Assembly: GCA_963674705.1 (NCBI GenBank)
Contig: OY771506.1
Span: forward strand, 2,464,001 to 2,528,000
DNA from: Phycisphaeraceae bacterium
GTDB taxonomy: Bacteria > Planctomycetota > Phycisphaerae > Phycisphaerales > Phycisphaeraceae
Length of the DNA: 64,000 bases
Direction: 5' to 3'
In this document: positions 44,751 through 55,300 of the stretch, piece after piece
How positions within the stretch are numbered: position 1 is the stretch's first letter
How the letters are laid out: every line of letters starts with the position of its first letter
Made by a program: the position numbers and the translations under genes
Notes under the pieces: model-generated
What the model was told of the DNA's origin: nothing
The model's input: the letters and a program-made list of their open reading frames with translations, nothing else
The model's database searches: none

Positions 44751-45908
44751 ATGCGCATCCTCCACATCATCACGCGCCTCATCCAAGGCGGAGCACAACA
44801 GAACACCGTGCTCAGTTGTGCGGCACAGGTGAAGGTGGGCCACGAAGTGCACCTCGCCTACGGCCCGATCTACGGCCCCGAAGGTTCACTGCTCGAAGAA
44901 GCCGAAGCAAGCGGCGCGACACTGCACGAGATTGCATCAATGCGCCGGGCGATCAATCCCTGGCACGACATCCGCTGCTGCTACGCGCTGCGGAAACTCA
45001 TCCGTGATGTGGAACCGGACATCGTCCACACCCATTCAAGCAAAGCCGGTATCATCGGCCGTGCAGCAGCTTGGGCCGAGAATACACCTGTCGTACTCCA
45101 CACGGTCCACGGCCTGCCGTTTCACGATTATCAACCGAAGTGGGTGTATAAGCTCTATGTCGGCCTGGAAAAATGGGCTTCTAAACGTTGTCACCATCTT
45201 GTCGCAATCACACCGGCCATGGTCGATGCGTTCTGCGAAGAAGGCATCGCGGACAAAGATCGTTTCACCGTCATTCATAGCGGCATCGTCATCGAAGACT
45301 TCCAGCCGATGCTTGACTATATCCCGATCCTGCTTGATGAACTCGATATCCCAAGACACTCAACCATCATCGGGATCGTTGCTCGTCTCGACAAACTCAA
45401 AGGGCATCATGACCTCATCGAGATATATAGGCAGTTAATAGAGTATATCCCGAACTGTAAGCTGCTTTTTGTGGGTGACGGCAACGACTTCAACGATGAT
45501 TCGCGGGGGCAAATCGAAGTACATGCGGGCGGTATCACGATGACCGGGCTTGTGCCTCACGATAAGATCAGCCGGTACTACTCGCTGATGGATGTATGTG
45601 TATTACCCTCCTATCAGGAGGGCCAAAGCCGCGTCTTAGCAGAAGCCCTGCTCTGTGGCTGCGGCATCGTCGCCTACAACGTCGGCGGCATCCCATCCAT
45701 CTGCATCGACGGCGAAACTGGCAAACTCGTCCCCGTCGGCGACAAGCAGGCCCTCGCTGATGCCATCGTCTGGATGATCCGGCACCCAGACCAGCGTCGG
45801 CTCATGACCGCCAAGGGCCAGAAACTCGTCCGCGAAAAATTCAGCGCCGACCACATGACACGGGAATTAGAATCGCTGTACCTACGTTTATTGAAAGACA
45901 AACAATAA
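44751..45908 (+). CDS. GT4 family glycosyltransferase
   Basis: HIITRLIQGGAQ, HTHSSKAG, HTVHG and EG......EA. Confidence 0.92.
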   Translation: MRILHIITRLIQGGAQQNTVLSCAAQVKVGHEVHLAYGPIYGPEGSLLEEAEASGATLHEIASMRRAINPWHDIRCCYALRKLIRDVEPDIVHTHSSKAGIIGRAAAWAENTPVVLHTVHGLPFHDYQPKWVYKLYVGLEKWASKRCHHLVAITPAMVDAFCEEGIADKDRFTVIHSGIVIEDFQPMLDYIPILLDELDIPRHSTIIGIVARLDKLKGHHDLIEIYRQLIEYIPNCKLLFVGDGNDFNDDSRGQIEVHAGGITMTGLVPHDKISRYYSLMDVCVLPSYQEGQSRVLAEALLCGCGIVAYNVGGIPSICIDGETGKLVPVGDKQALADAIVWMIRHPDQRRLMTAKGQKLVREKFSADHMTRELESLYLRLLKDKQ

Positions 45909-45992
45909 GCCGCTAAAGAATGCGAATATACGCGAATGAGGACTACACAATTTCACGCCGTATTCGCGTCCATTGGCGTCCATTCGCGGCTA
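45907..45992. repeat. 10-bp-periodic inverted-repeat element, family A, copy 3
   Basis: AAGCCGCTAAAGAATGCGAATATACGCGAAT ... ATTCGCGTCCATTGGCGTCCATTCGCGGCTA. Confidence 0.82.
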
Positions 45993-46032
45993 ACATACTT
46001 CGCGCCTTCGCAGTTAATCAGGATTTATTCAC

Positions 46033-46716
46033 ATGGCTAACATACTCGTAGTAGGCCCGCACCCCGACGATCAGGAACTGGGCATGGGCGGCACGATCAT
46101 CCGGCTCGCCAAGCAGGGGCACAACGTCCTGCTGCTCGATGCGACCAATGGCGAACCCACGCCCTACGGCACCCCCGAGCAGCGCGAAAAGGAATGGACC
46201 GAGGCTGCGAAGATCATGGGCGTCAAACGCCAACTGCTCGGCCTGAAAAACCGTGAAGTGCAACACACCATCGAAGCCCGTCACAAGATGGCAGGCGTCA
46301 TCCGTCAGCACCAGGCGCAGATCATCTTCCTGCCGTTCGAGGAAGATGCCCACCCCGACCATCGCGCTGTAACGCGCATCGTCGAAGATGCACGCTTCGA
46401 TGCCAAACTCACCAAGACCGACATCCCCGGCGAGCCGATCTACCCCAAATGGCTCATCTACTATTACTGCACCCACCTGCGCTGGGTCGCCAACCCGACG
46501 TTCTGCCTCGACATCTCCGATGAGATGGACGACAAGGAACGCGCGATCAAGGCCTACCACACCCAGTTCGTCGTCCCCGAAAAGAACCGTCGCGTCGTCG
46601 AATTCGTCCGCGAACTCAACGGCTACATGGGCTCCCGCATCGGCGCCCGCTACGCCGAACCGTTCTTCACCAAAGAACCTCTGGGACTAAACGCGATCGA
46701 TGGCTTAGTGATGTAA
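46033..46716 (+). CDS. bshB1: PIG-L family deacetylase, BshB1-like
   Basis: GPHPDDQELGMGG, GE, DAHPDH and YAEPF. Confidence 0.78.
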   Translation: MANILVVGPHPDDQELGMGGTIIRLAKQGHNVLLLDATNGEPTPYGTPEQREKEWTEAAKIMGVKRQLLGLKNREVQHTIEARHKMAGVIRQHQAQIIFLPFEEDAHPDHRAVTRIVEDARFDAKLTKTDIPGEPIYPKWLIYYYCTHLRWVANPTFCLDISDEMDDKERAIKAYHTQFVVPEKNRRVVEFVRELNGYMGSRIGARYAEPFFTKEPLGLNAIDGLVM

Positions 46717-46725
46717 AAGTTGCTG

Positions 46726-46847
46726 ACTCCCTATCCCCTCGGGAGAGGGCCGGGGTGAGGGCCGTTTGTCATCTTATGATCGGATTCAACAAGATCGCAT
46801 TTTCAACCCGGCCCTCATCTAACCTTCTCCCTAGGGGGGAAGGGATA
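46726..46847. repeat. GC-rich REP-like element, family C, inverted doublet
   Basis: ACTCCCTATCCCCTCGGGAGAGGGCCGGGGTGAGGGCC (46726-46763) and an inverted degenerate copy (46810-46847), between convergent genes. Confidence 0.82.
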
Positions 46848-46852
46848 AGAAT

Positions 46853-48067
46853 TCACCGATACTCAATATCCTGCACCAGGTTCCCGTCGTTGTCGCGGGT
46901 CCAGACGAGGGTCGGCTCGGGGCGCAGGCCGGTGGCGGTGATGCGGGCGGGTAGATCGTCGCGCGCCGGTTCGAGCAGGCGGAACAGGCCGTTGGTGCCG
47001 TTGTTCCGTTCGTAACGATAAAGCTGCGGGTCCTGGGCATCCATCTCAATTGTGATGCCATGCGACTTACGCGTCAGCACGAAGTGCCTGGCTTGCAGCG
47101 TGTCTCGCAATTGGTTCAACGATCGCGGCGTCTGTTCGCCGTTCTGATAGATGTACCGTAGCGCTTCGCCGAGGAACTCCATACGTGTCGCAGCCTGATT
47201 GATCGGGTCAGGCGTCTGCTCCGATGCGAAACTCCGCCATCGCTTTTCAAGCCCATCCAGTTCAGAGCTGCCGAACGCTTCGCGGTACGCCGTCGGGCTG
47301 TCTCTTCCCGTCCCGACCTTACGCAGGTACGTCCCGAATGCAGACTGATACTTCTGGTCGTCGCCGTGGATCAGGAAGTAGACGATCGACCAGGATTGTG
47401 CGTAGAGGATCGCCGCCTTGTCCGGGTCCGATCTTAGTGCATTAGACCAGTCATCGGGCACAGTCTCGACCAGTTCTTCAACTCGAAACGCGTTGCCTTC
47501 CTTCAGCGCCAGTTTCACTTGCTCGACCCGGCGGGCATTGGCAAGCCCCGTCGTCATCTTGTCCTCAACGATGATCGCATCTTCAAAATATTGTGCGAGC
47601 CCTTCGTTGATCCACGTCGGCAGCGTCTGCCCGATGTAGTTGAACGCGAACTGGTGGAACCCCTCGTGCTGCATCACCTGGAACGTCTGGCTTCGGCTTC
47701 GCCCCTGCGTCCATGTCGCCAGCCCCTGTCCCTTCGGCGAGAAGAAGAACATCCCGCCGGTGTTCGTCGCGTCGATGTCCTGCGTCTTCATGAAGTCATG
47801 GTACTGCTGCTCCGTGCGGAACAGGTACAACGGCATGTAAGGCTTGCCCCGCGCATTAAAGTCGCGGAACCGTGCCTCATACTGATCGAAAACCGTATCC
47901 ATGTGCTTGCCGAACTCACGCACCTCGTCGCGCGTCAGGTTCGTGTGGATGTGGTAAGACTTGCTGCGGAACTGCTGCAACTGCAGGACATCCGCATGCG
48001 TTGTGGCCGTGAATAGACAGGCCAACAACACCCACGCCGTCATGAGTATGTGGATTCTCCCGTTCAT
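46853..48067 (-). CDS. DUF1570-like secreted zincin metallopeptidase
   Basis: Signal peptide; HEGFHQ...WINEGLAQYFE; YAQSWSIVYFL. Confidence 0.83.
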   Translation of the reverse strand: MNGRIHILMTAWVLLACLFTATTHADVLQLQQFRSKSYHIHTNLTRDEVREFGKHMDTVFDQYEARFRDFNARGKPYMPLYLFRTEQQYHDFMKTQDIDATNTGGMFFFSPKGQGLATWTQGRSRSQTFQVMQHEGFHQFAFNYIGQTLPTWINEGLAQYFEDAIIVEDKMTTGLANARRVEQVKLALKEGNAFRVEELVETVPDDWSNALRSDPDKAAILYAQSWSIVYFLIHGDDQKYQSAFGTYLRKVGTGRDSPTAYREAFGSSELDGLEKRWRSFASEQTPDPINQAATRMEFLGEALRYIYQNGEQTPRSLNQLRDTLQARHFVLTRKSHGITIEMDAQDPQLYRYERNNGTNGLFRLLEPARDDLPARITATGLRPEPTLVWTRDNDGNLVQDIEYR

Positions 48068-48143
48068 GCCGTACTTCGTACTAAAGTGGTTCTGCGCCGA
48101 CACCATCCGGAACACACCGAAGCTAAAACCATGTTCAGGTACG

Positions 48144-49025
48144 CTACTTGCCGGCGTAGTCGATGATTCGGCTGATCTCGCTTCGCATCGCATGCCGATG
48201 CACGACACGGTCAACAAAGCCCTTCTCCTGAAGGAACTCCGCTCGCTGGAAGCCTTCCGGCAAATCCTGACGAACCGTATTCGCGATCACGCGCGGCCCG
48301 GCAAAGCCGATCAACGCTTCACGCTCCGCCAGGATCACATCGCCCAGCATTGCGAAGCTCGCCGTCACACCACCGGTCGTCGGGTCGGTAAGTACGCTGA
48401 TAAACAGCCCACCCGCATCGTCCAGCCTCGCCAGCGCCGCAGACGTCTTGCTCATCTGCATCAGCGACAGCGCCGATTCCTGCATACGAGCGCCGCCGGA
48501 CGTGCTGACGATAATCACAGGCCGATCAGTTTCGATGCCCAGCTCGATCGTGCGTGTGATCTTCTCACCGACCACAGCACCCATCGATGCCATCATGAAC
48601 CGGTTATCCATCACCGCCAGCGCAACGCCACGACCCTTGATAAAGGCCTTACCGCATTGCACCGCGTCCTTCTGACCGGTTTTAGTCTGTTCGCCTACCA
48701 GACGGTCCTTGTACGGGATGCGGTCGACGAACCTCAGCGTGTCGCGGGGTGTCAGGTTTTCCCACATCGGCTCGAAGCTGCCGGGGTCGCACAACTGCTC
48801 GATACGCTGGATTGCATCCAAGCGATAGTGATAATCACAGTCCGGGCAGACGTGCATATTCTGCGCGACCTGCTTGGCATAAAGCATCGCTTCGCAGTTG
48901 GGGCAGCGCTTCCACAGCCCCTCGGGGACGCCCGTGGCCTTGCCGTTTGTTTCCTGCTTCTGGTCCAGCCAACTGCGGTCACCAGTCGGGGTGGCGCTGA
49001 CCTGCACGGGCTGTTTAGGTAGCAT
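48144..49025 (-). CDS. accD: Acetyl-CoA carboxylase carboxyltransferase beta subunit
   Basis: WKRCPNC...CPDC zinc finger, SGGARMQE, DPTTGGVTASFA and GFAGPRVI. Confidence 0.97.
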   Translation of the reverse strand: MLPKQPVQVSATPTGDRSWLDQKQETNGKATGVPEGLWKRCPNCEAMLYAKQVAQNMHVCPDCDYHYRLDAIQRIEQLCDPGSFEPMWENLTPRDTLRFVDRIPYKDRLVGEQTKTGQKDAVQCGKAFIKGRGVALAVMDNRFMMASMGAVVGEKITRTIELGIETDRPVIIVSTSGGARMQESALSLMQMSKTSAALARLDDAGGLFISVLTDPTTGGVTASFAMLGDVILAEREALIGFAGPRVIANTVRQDLPEGFQRAEFLQEKGFVDRVVHRHAMRSEISRIIDYAGK

Positions 49026-49143
49026 CGTTGCTTTCAATTTATCTTCCGTCAAAATGGATCCCTTCATGGGCCCTGTTACCAATAACCCCGCCGCGGCGGG
49101 GTGTGAGAATTATATCGGCAAATAACCACGGGATACACCAGCT

Positions 49144-49956
49144 ATGAAAATCGTTCGTTTTTTAGATGATGGCAATAAACTACATTATGGCATAGATTTA
49201 GGCGATGGGTCCGCAAAAGTTATCCACAGCGACCCCCTCTCAGAACCCCCAAAAACAACCGGCATAACCGCTACCATCGGGCGCAGATTAGCACCCATCC
49301 AGCCCGTCAACATCCTCTGCATCGGCCGTAACTACCTCGAGCACGCCAAGGAGTTCGATGGCGGGGGGGCTCCGCAGCGACCGATCCTTTTTATGAAACC
49401 CACCTCCACGCTCAACCATCCCGGCGAGCCTATCCGTCTGCCAGCCTGTTCTCCCCAGCCCGAAGTCGACTTTGAGGGAGAGTTGGCCGTCGTCATTGGC
49501 ACAGCGGGTAAGAACATCCCACGCGAAAAGGCACTCGACCACGTCCTCGGTTACACCGTCGGCCACGATGTCTCCGCCCGATGGTGGCAACACCATGGTG
49601 GGGGAGGGCAGTGGGTCCGAGGTAAAGGTTTCGACACCTTCTGCCCGCTCGGTCCGGTCCTCGTCACCGCAGACGAAGTCCCCGACCCGCACAACCTCAA
49701 CCTCACCACCACGCTCAACGGCAAGGTCATGCAGCAGGGCAACACCAAGGACCTCATATTCCCCATCGATGAATTGATAGCCTTCCTCAGCCAGGACACC
49801 ACCCTCCTGCCCGGCACCGTCATCCTCACCGGCACCCCCTCCGGCGTAGGCGGCGCACGCAAACCCCCCGTCTTCCTGAAGCCCGGCGACGAAGTCACAA
49901 TCGAAGTCGAAAACATAGGCAAACTCACCAACCCAGTCATCGCCGCAGACGCATGA
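49144..49956 (+). CDS. Fumarylacetoacetate hydrolase family protein
   Basis: CIGRNYLEH, DFEGELAVVIG, DVSAR, GKGFDTFCPLGP and TGTPSGVG. Confidence 0.93.
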   Translation: MKIVRFLDDGNKLHYGIDLGDGSAKVIHSDPLSEPPKTTGITATIGRRLAPIQPVNILCIGRNYLEHAKEFDGGGAPQRPILFMKPTSTLNHPGEPIRLPACSPQPEVDFEGELAVVIGTAGKNIPREKALDHVLGYTVGHDVSARWWQHHGGGGQWVRGKGFDTFCPLGPVLVTADEVPDPHNLNLTTTLNGKVMQQGNTKDLIFPIDELIAFLSQDTTLLPGTVILTGTPSGVGGARKPPVFLKPGDEVTIEVENIGKLTNPVIAADA

Positions 49957-49972
49957 CCAACTGACCCCCCCC

Positions 49973-50009
49973 GAAGCCCACGTTCGCCGAACGTGGGCTT
50001 CTTCATTTG
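49973..50009 (+). terminator. Probable Rho-independent terminator
   Basis: GAAGCCCACGTTCG-C-CGAACGTGGGCTTC hairpin followed by TTCATTTG, just after the FAH stop. Confidence 0.65.
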
Positions 50010-50023
50010 TCTACTCATATGAA

Positions 50024-50341
50024 ATGACCACCTCTCCCGAACAATTCATCTCCGAACCCATCACCCCCGTCCCGGGCACGTTCGACCCGCGCGGGATCGC
50101 CCAGGGCGAACCGGGCTTACCCACACGCTTCACATGGCGCGGCGAAGAATATACGGTCGACGAAGTCCTTACCGTCTGGAAGACCAGCACCCCCGAAGGC
50201 GGCAGCGGCGAGGTCTATCTCCGCCGACACTGGTGGGAACTGCGCACCACCACCGGCCACATTATGAAGATCTACTTCGAAAGACAAAAGAAACACAAGA
50301 ACGCCAAGAACCGCTGGTTTGTGTATACAGTCAGGGGATGA
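50024..50341 (+). CDS. Small conserved protein (DUF6504-like)
   Basis: FISEPI, EPGLP..F.WRG, YLRRHWWE and W.VYT pattern. Confidence 0.7.
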   Translation: MTTSPEQFISEPITPVPGTFDPRGIAQGEPGLPTRFTWRGEEYTVDEVLTVWKTSTPEGGSGEVYLRRHWWELRTTTGHIMKIYFERQKKHKNAKNRWFVYTVRG

Positions 50342-50346
50342 AGTGC

Positions 50347-50420
50347 AATGTTCGATCTTCAATGTTTGATGTTCAATCTGCAACAAATACATTGAACATC
50401 GCACATTGAACATTCAACAT
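50347..50420. repeat. 7-bp-periodic inverted-repeat element, family B variant (TGTTCAA unit)
   Basis: AATGTTCGATCTTCAATGTTTGATGTTCAAT (50347-50377), facing ATTGAACATCGCACATTGAACATTCAACAT (50391-50420). Confidence 0.82.
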
Positions 50421-50950
50421 CACTCAATAGCCCCGATCATCCCTTCCCCCGTCTCCGCATCGATCGTGATCGTGATGCTTGCCCCGTCGCAGCCCAACGT
50501 GATCGTCGCATCGGTTGCCTGATCCAGTCCGCCGTAGACATCGAAGCCTAGTTCGTCATCACCGTCAAGGCTATAGCTGTCGATGGTCACGCCTTCGAGG
50601 CTCTTGGCTGTACCGTTGCCGTAGTCGATCAGGTATGCCTGACCGTTGATCGGATTGGTGATCGGCGTTGTTGTATCACTTTCCGCAGCGATATAGTAGG
50701 TATCGTCGTCATTATCAAAGACCAGCACGCGCTTATCATCGCCATGCGCGACTGTTTCGATCTGAGTAAACGATACATCTGCAACAAGCATGCCCGCAGC
50801 GCCGCGCAGTTTGCTGCCCGATGTCTCACCGAGCATCGGCACCACCAGCGCCGCAGCGATCGCGATGATCGACACGACGATCATCATCTCGATCAGCGTA
50901 AACCCCGCCGGGTTTCTACGCGCGCGGATTGATTCGGTAATTTGCCTCAC
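50420..50950 (-). CDS. Type IV minor pilin / pseudopilin, FimU/GspH-like
   Basis: Class III signal AG|FTLIEMMIVVSIIAIAAALVVP and C-terminal ITITIDAETG. Confidence 0.85.
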   Translation of the reverse strand: MRQITESIRARRNPAGFTLIEMMIVVSIIAIAAALVVPMLGETSGSKLRGAAGMLVADVSFTQIETVAHGDDKRVLVFDNDDDTYYIAAESDTTTPITNPINGQAYLIDYGNGTAKSLEGVTIDSYSLDGDDELGFDVYGGLDQATDATITLGCDGASITITIDAETGEGMIGAIE

Positions 50951-51132
50951 TTAGCTCACTCATCGGTCTGTTTTGGCATCTTATTTGGCACCAAGGCAAG
51001 ACAACCCGGACCGATAACACATCCGAAAGCCGGTTGGACCATTAAGTAGCCCCTGACTCATGACGAAGTAAAAGGTGGTACCGCGCATAAGGTCTGCGCG
51101 GTTGGTTCTGGTTTTCAAAGCAGGAGTGGGAG

Positions 51133-51645
51133 ATGGCGTCCCGGCAAGCGGTTCGGTCCAGGCAGGCCGCCGGCTTAACCCTGATGGAAGTGATGTTCGC
51201 CCTGCTGGTGCTCAGCTTCGCTGTCGCCGCGCTCACGCAGGCTATCGTCTCAGGCCAGTCCCATACCTACGAAGCCATGCACGCCTCCCGCGCGATCACG
51301 CTCGCCGAGGCCATGATCGATGAAGTCCTCTCCAAGCCCTACATTGATCCCGACGGCCACATCACCGCCGGGCCTGACAGCGGCGAATCCAAACGTGACA
51401 AGTTCGATTGTTCCGACGACTACGACGGTTACTTCGAAGACTTCGGCGATGTCGAAGACCAGGCCGGCGATACCTACCCCGATCTCTACCAGCAGTTCAG
51501 CAGAAGCGTCACCGTCGACTACGTCACCGAAAACCTGCCCGATCTTGGCGGCGATCACAACGGCATGTCCGTCACCGTCACCATCACCGACACGAACGGC
51601 CGCACCTGGACCCTCTCCCGATTCATCCAGGAGCCCACATCATGA
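51133..51645 (+). CDS. Type IV minor pilin, PilV/GspI-like
   Basis: AG|LTLMEVMFALLVL, LAEAMIDEV and VTVTIT. Confidence 0.83.
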   Translation: MASRQAVRSRQAAGLTLMEVMFALLVLSFAVAALTQAIVSGQSHTYEAMHASRAITLAEAMIDEVLSKPYIDPDGHITAGPDSGESKRDKFDCSDDYDGYFEDFGDVEDQAGDTYPDLYQQFSRSVTVDYVTENLPDLGGDHNGMSVTVTITDTNGRTWTLSRFIQEPTS

Positions 51646-52298
51646 ATGTCGCTTTGCATTCAGTACACAAACGCTTTCATAGCTGCCTTGCAACGCAACG
51701 CAGGCAGTATCCATTAACCGCCCCCCGCACAGCACGCACTCAAGCCTTCACCATCGTCGAACTGCTCATGGCTTTGGCGATCACCGGCCTCATCGGCGCA
51801 GCTGTCGCGTCCATGCTCACCGCTGTGTCCTACGGCACGGACAGCAGCCGTGATATCCGCACGCTTGTTGTTAAAAACAAAACAATCAGCGCACGTATCA
51901 CCGCAGCGATCAGGGAATCCACCCAACTGCTCGACGCCGACGATAACTACATCATCCTCTGGACCGACGACATCAACGACAGCGGCGCCCCCGACCTGCT
52001 CGAACTGCGTCGTATCGATCTTGACACCGGCACGAACGAGTTGATCGACTACACGCCCGACCCAGACGCTGTCGATGTGGCATACGACCTTGAAGCCAGC
52101 AACTTCGACGCTGTCACGGTTTCGCTGATCAATTCAGACAAACTCTTGGGGACACTATGGGCGACCAATGTTGCCGCCATGACCGTCTCACTTGATGAGT
52201 CCGACCCGCTTGAGGCGACGTTGATCAGCTTTCAGGTGACGATCAGCGAAGGGGCCTTGTCTGATACCTCGGTGAACGCCGCTTCGCTGCGCGATTAA
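51642..52298 (+). CDS. Type IV minor pilin, PilW/GspJ-like
   Basis: QA|FTIVELLMALAITGLIG. ATGA overlap with the previous gene. Confidence 0.83.
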   Translation: MNVALHSVHKRFHSCLATQRRQYPLTAPRTARTQAFTIVELLMALAITGLIGAAVASMLTAVSYGTDSSRDIRTLVVKNKTISARITAAIRESTQLLDADDNYIILWTDDINDSGAPDLLELRRIDLDTGTNELIDYTPDPDAVDVAYDLEASNFDAVTVSLINSDKLLGTLWATNVAAMTVSLDESDPLEATLISFQVTISEGALSDTSVNAASLRD

Positions 52299-52313
52299 GG
52301 ATAGACAACCACC

Positions 52314-55300
52314 ATGATGTGGCAGACAACACGATCCAGGCAATCCGGGAGACAAACGCACAATGCATGTACGCAATATCATCTTGCGCGCAATCCCCGC
52401 CGCTCCGGCGTCGCCATGATCCTCGTGTTGATCGCCGTGTCGATCGCTACCATCCTGTCATTGAGTTTCCTCGCCTCGCAGGCAACGACCCATGGCGTAT
52501 CCCAAAATATCCAGAACCAGGCTCAGGCGCGCAGCGTCGCGGAGTCCGCGCTCGTCGCCGCGATCAATTATGTTCAGAACAACAGCGACTTCCGTGATGT
52601 CAAGACCAACGGGCTGTGGGCAAGTGATGTATCTTTCAACGGCGGCACATTCGATCTCTACGGCTACGACGGCGTCGATACCGACGATGATGGTGTCGTC
52701 GATGACACCGACGGCGACCTCGCCGATGACAACACCGACCCACTCACACTCACCGTCGTCGGGCACTACAACGGCGTCAGTCATACCGTCCACGCTGTCG
52801 TGACGGTCGGCGCGGGTGTGCCGGATAAAGACATCCTGATGATCGTGGATAATGACAGTTCTTTGTCTACACTCGAAACACAACGTAAAGAGCTGATCGA
52901 GAGCTGGGGGTGGGCTGTCACGGTACTGAGCGATTCTGCCACCAGCTCGGAATACGACACGGTGTTGGAAGAGGTCGATGCTGTGCTTGTGTCCGATTCG
53001 GCAAACGCGGGATCGGTCAACACCAAGCTCCGTGAGGCGACCATCGGCGTCGTCATCGAGCAGCGCGGCATCCTGGATGATATGAAACTGTCGACCGGTT
53101 CCAGCACCTACAACGGTATCAGCATCGATATCGTCGACGCCAATCATTACATCACCAATCCGTTCGGCAACGGCACACTGACGCTGACAGCGAGCAACGT
53201 TGCCTTGGGTACGCCCAGTGGTGGGCTCGCGACCGGCCTGACGACGCTTGCCGAACGGCCCTCCAGCAGTACCCCCGTTGTTGTCGTGATGGAAAGCGGG
53301 GCGCCGCTCTACAGCAGCGGTATTGCCGCCGGCCGACGTGTCTGGATCCCGACAGGGTCCATCCCGGTCAGTGACATGACCGCCGACGCCAAGACCCTTT
53401 TCGAGCGAGCCATGCTCTGGGCCTCGGGCGGTGATGCCGATCAATTCATCAGCGGCCACTGGACCTTCGACGACGGCGTTGGCCAGGTCGCTTACGACTC
53501 AAGCGGCAACGCGCAGCACGGTCCTATCACCGCCGGCTCGCCCAGCACCACATGGACCGCCGGTATGGTTTACGGTGCGCTGCAATTCGACGGCACGGGT
53601 GATGGCTTTGTTCGCATCCCCGATTCCGATGTCCTGGACCTTTCCGAAGAAGGCACACTCACCGCCTGGGTTTACCTCACCGGCTATCAGAACTTCATGG
53701 GCATCATCCACAAGGGCGAGGACAAAGATTGGGACGACGAAGCCTATTCACTTCAGTTCTGGACCAGTCGCAAGCTTGCCTTGACTTTTACCACCGCTTC
53801 CGGTCAAAAAAGAATTGTCGGCAAGGGCAGTCTTTCAAACGGCCAGTGGTATCACGTCGCCGGCACCTGGGGGCCCAACGGGATGTACCTCTACATCAAC
53901 GGCGAAGAGGACAACAGCAACTCGATCACCGCCGTCGGCGTGCCGTCAACCGGCTCGGTACAGATCGGCTCGCAGCTCTCGGAATACTACAACAGCTCAT
54001 ACAGGAACTTCCCGTTCCGCGGCCTCATCGATGACGCACGGATCTACCGGCGCACGCTCACCGCCGGCGAAATCAAAGCGATCTACGACGAAGCCACCGC
54101 CAACCACGACGCGCCGCAGCTCATCGCGTTGTACGAGTTCCAGAAAAACATACCGGAACCGCCGACCATGCTCGCACATTGGCCGTTGGACGATACCGTC
54201 AGCGGAGGTGGGGCGGGGTTTGCGGTAGCAATTGGTGATCAGTTGTCCATGTATGTAGATACCGTCATCGACAGCTATGCTTCCTCGAACGGTGCCTATG
54301 GCGGAGCCAATGTGGGTTCAGATGCTTACGCCTCAACAAATACGACATCATCTAATCGTGTTGAATTAACCGGCAATGCTAAGATCGCCGGCGACTTCGA
54401 TGTCGGGCCGGGAGGGAATCCTTCTACGGTGATTCAATCATCGAGTTCCATAGGGATCACGGGTGCGACCGGTACGCTTACTTCTACTGTCAGTTATCCT
54501 TCGATCTCAGTACCCTCCGGCCTGCCTTCAAGCTCGGGTAATCAAACATATAATGGCGGTAGTCATACTATCAGCTCTGATACCGTTTTTCAGAATCTGA
54601 CTTTTTATAACTACGCGACGCTTACAATCAATGGCGACGTGACGATACAAGTCATCGGCAATCTGAACGTAAGCAGTGGCTATATCGTTCTTGCGCCGGG
54701 GGCGACACTGCGTATGTATGTGGGCGGTAACGTCACAGTCTATAACAATTCCTATGTCAATAACGATTCAACCCGGACGTCGGACTTCACGTTGTACATG
54801 TATGGATCGAATAAGAAACTATCCATGACCAGCAATAATGTGATGAGCGGTTTAATCTACGTTTCCGGGGATGCTGAGTTATATACTAATGCAACGGTAT
54901 ACGGTGCTATCTTCGTTAATGATGATCTCACGATGTCCGCTGATGCGGCGATCCACATCGATACGAACCTCGCGGGCAAATCGCTTGTCGCTACCGATGA
55001 AGTCAACGGCAACGACGGTTCCGACAGTGGTGGTGTAACCTCGGGTGTCAGCGGCTGTGGTGACGGCGGCACCGCTTTTGAGTTCGACGGTTCAGACGAC
55101 TACATCGCCATCGCGCACGACAACAAGTACCTGCTGGATAACGGTTCGGTCAGCCTCTGGTTTAAATCCGACAACCTCTCCGGGCACAAGGCGATCTTCT
55201 CCAAGGATTCCAAGAACTACGACACCGGCGGGCATCTGCATATCTACACCGATGGCTCGACACTCAAGGCACGCCTGCAGAGCACCTCCTCCGAAGTCAC

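Noticed and set aside
44751..46716. Complete bacillithiol biosynthesis locus
   Set aside because: The GT4 lacks the BshA-type N-terminus and no bshC is in the window.
50972..50995. Sigma-54 promoter between the divergent pilin genes (TTGGCA twice)
   Set aside because: The -12 position reads TTGG rather than TTGC and the second copy has no -12 element.
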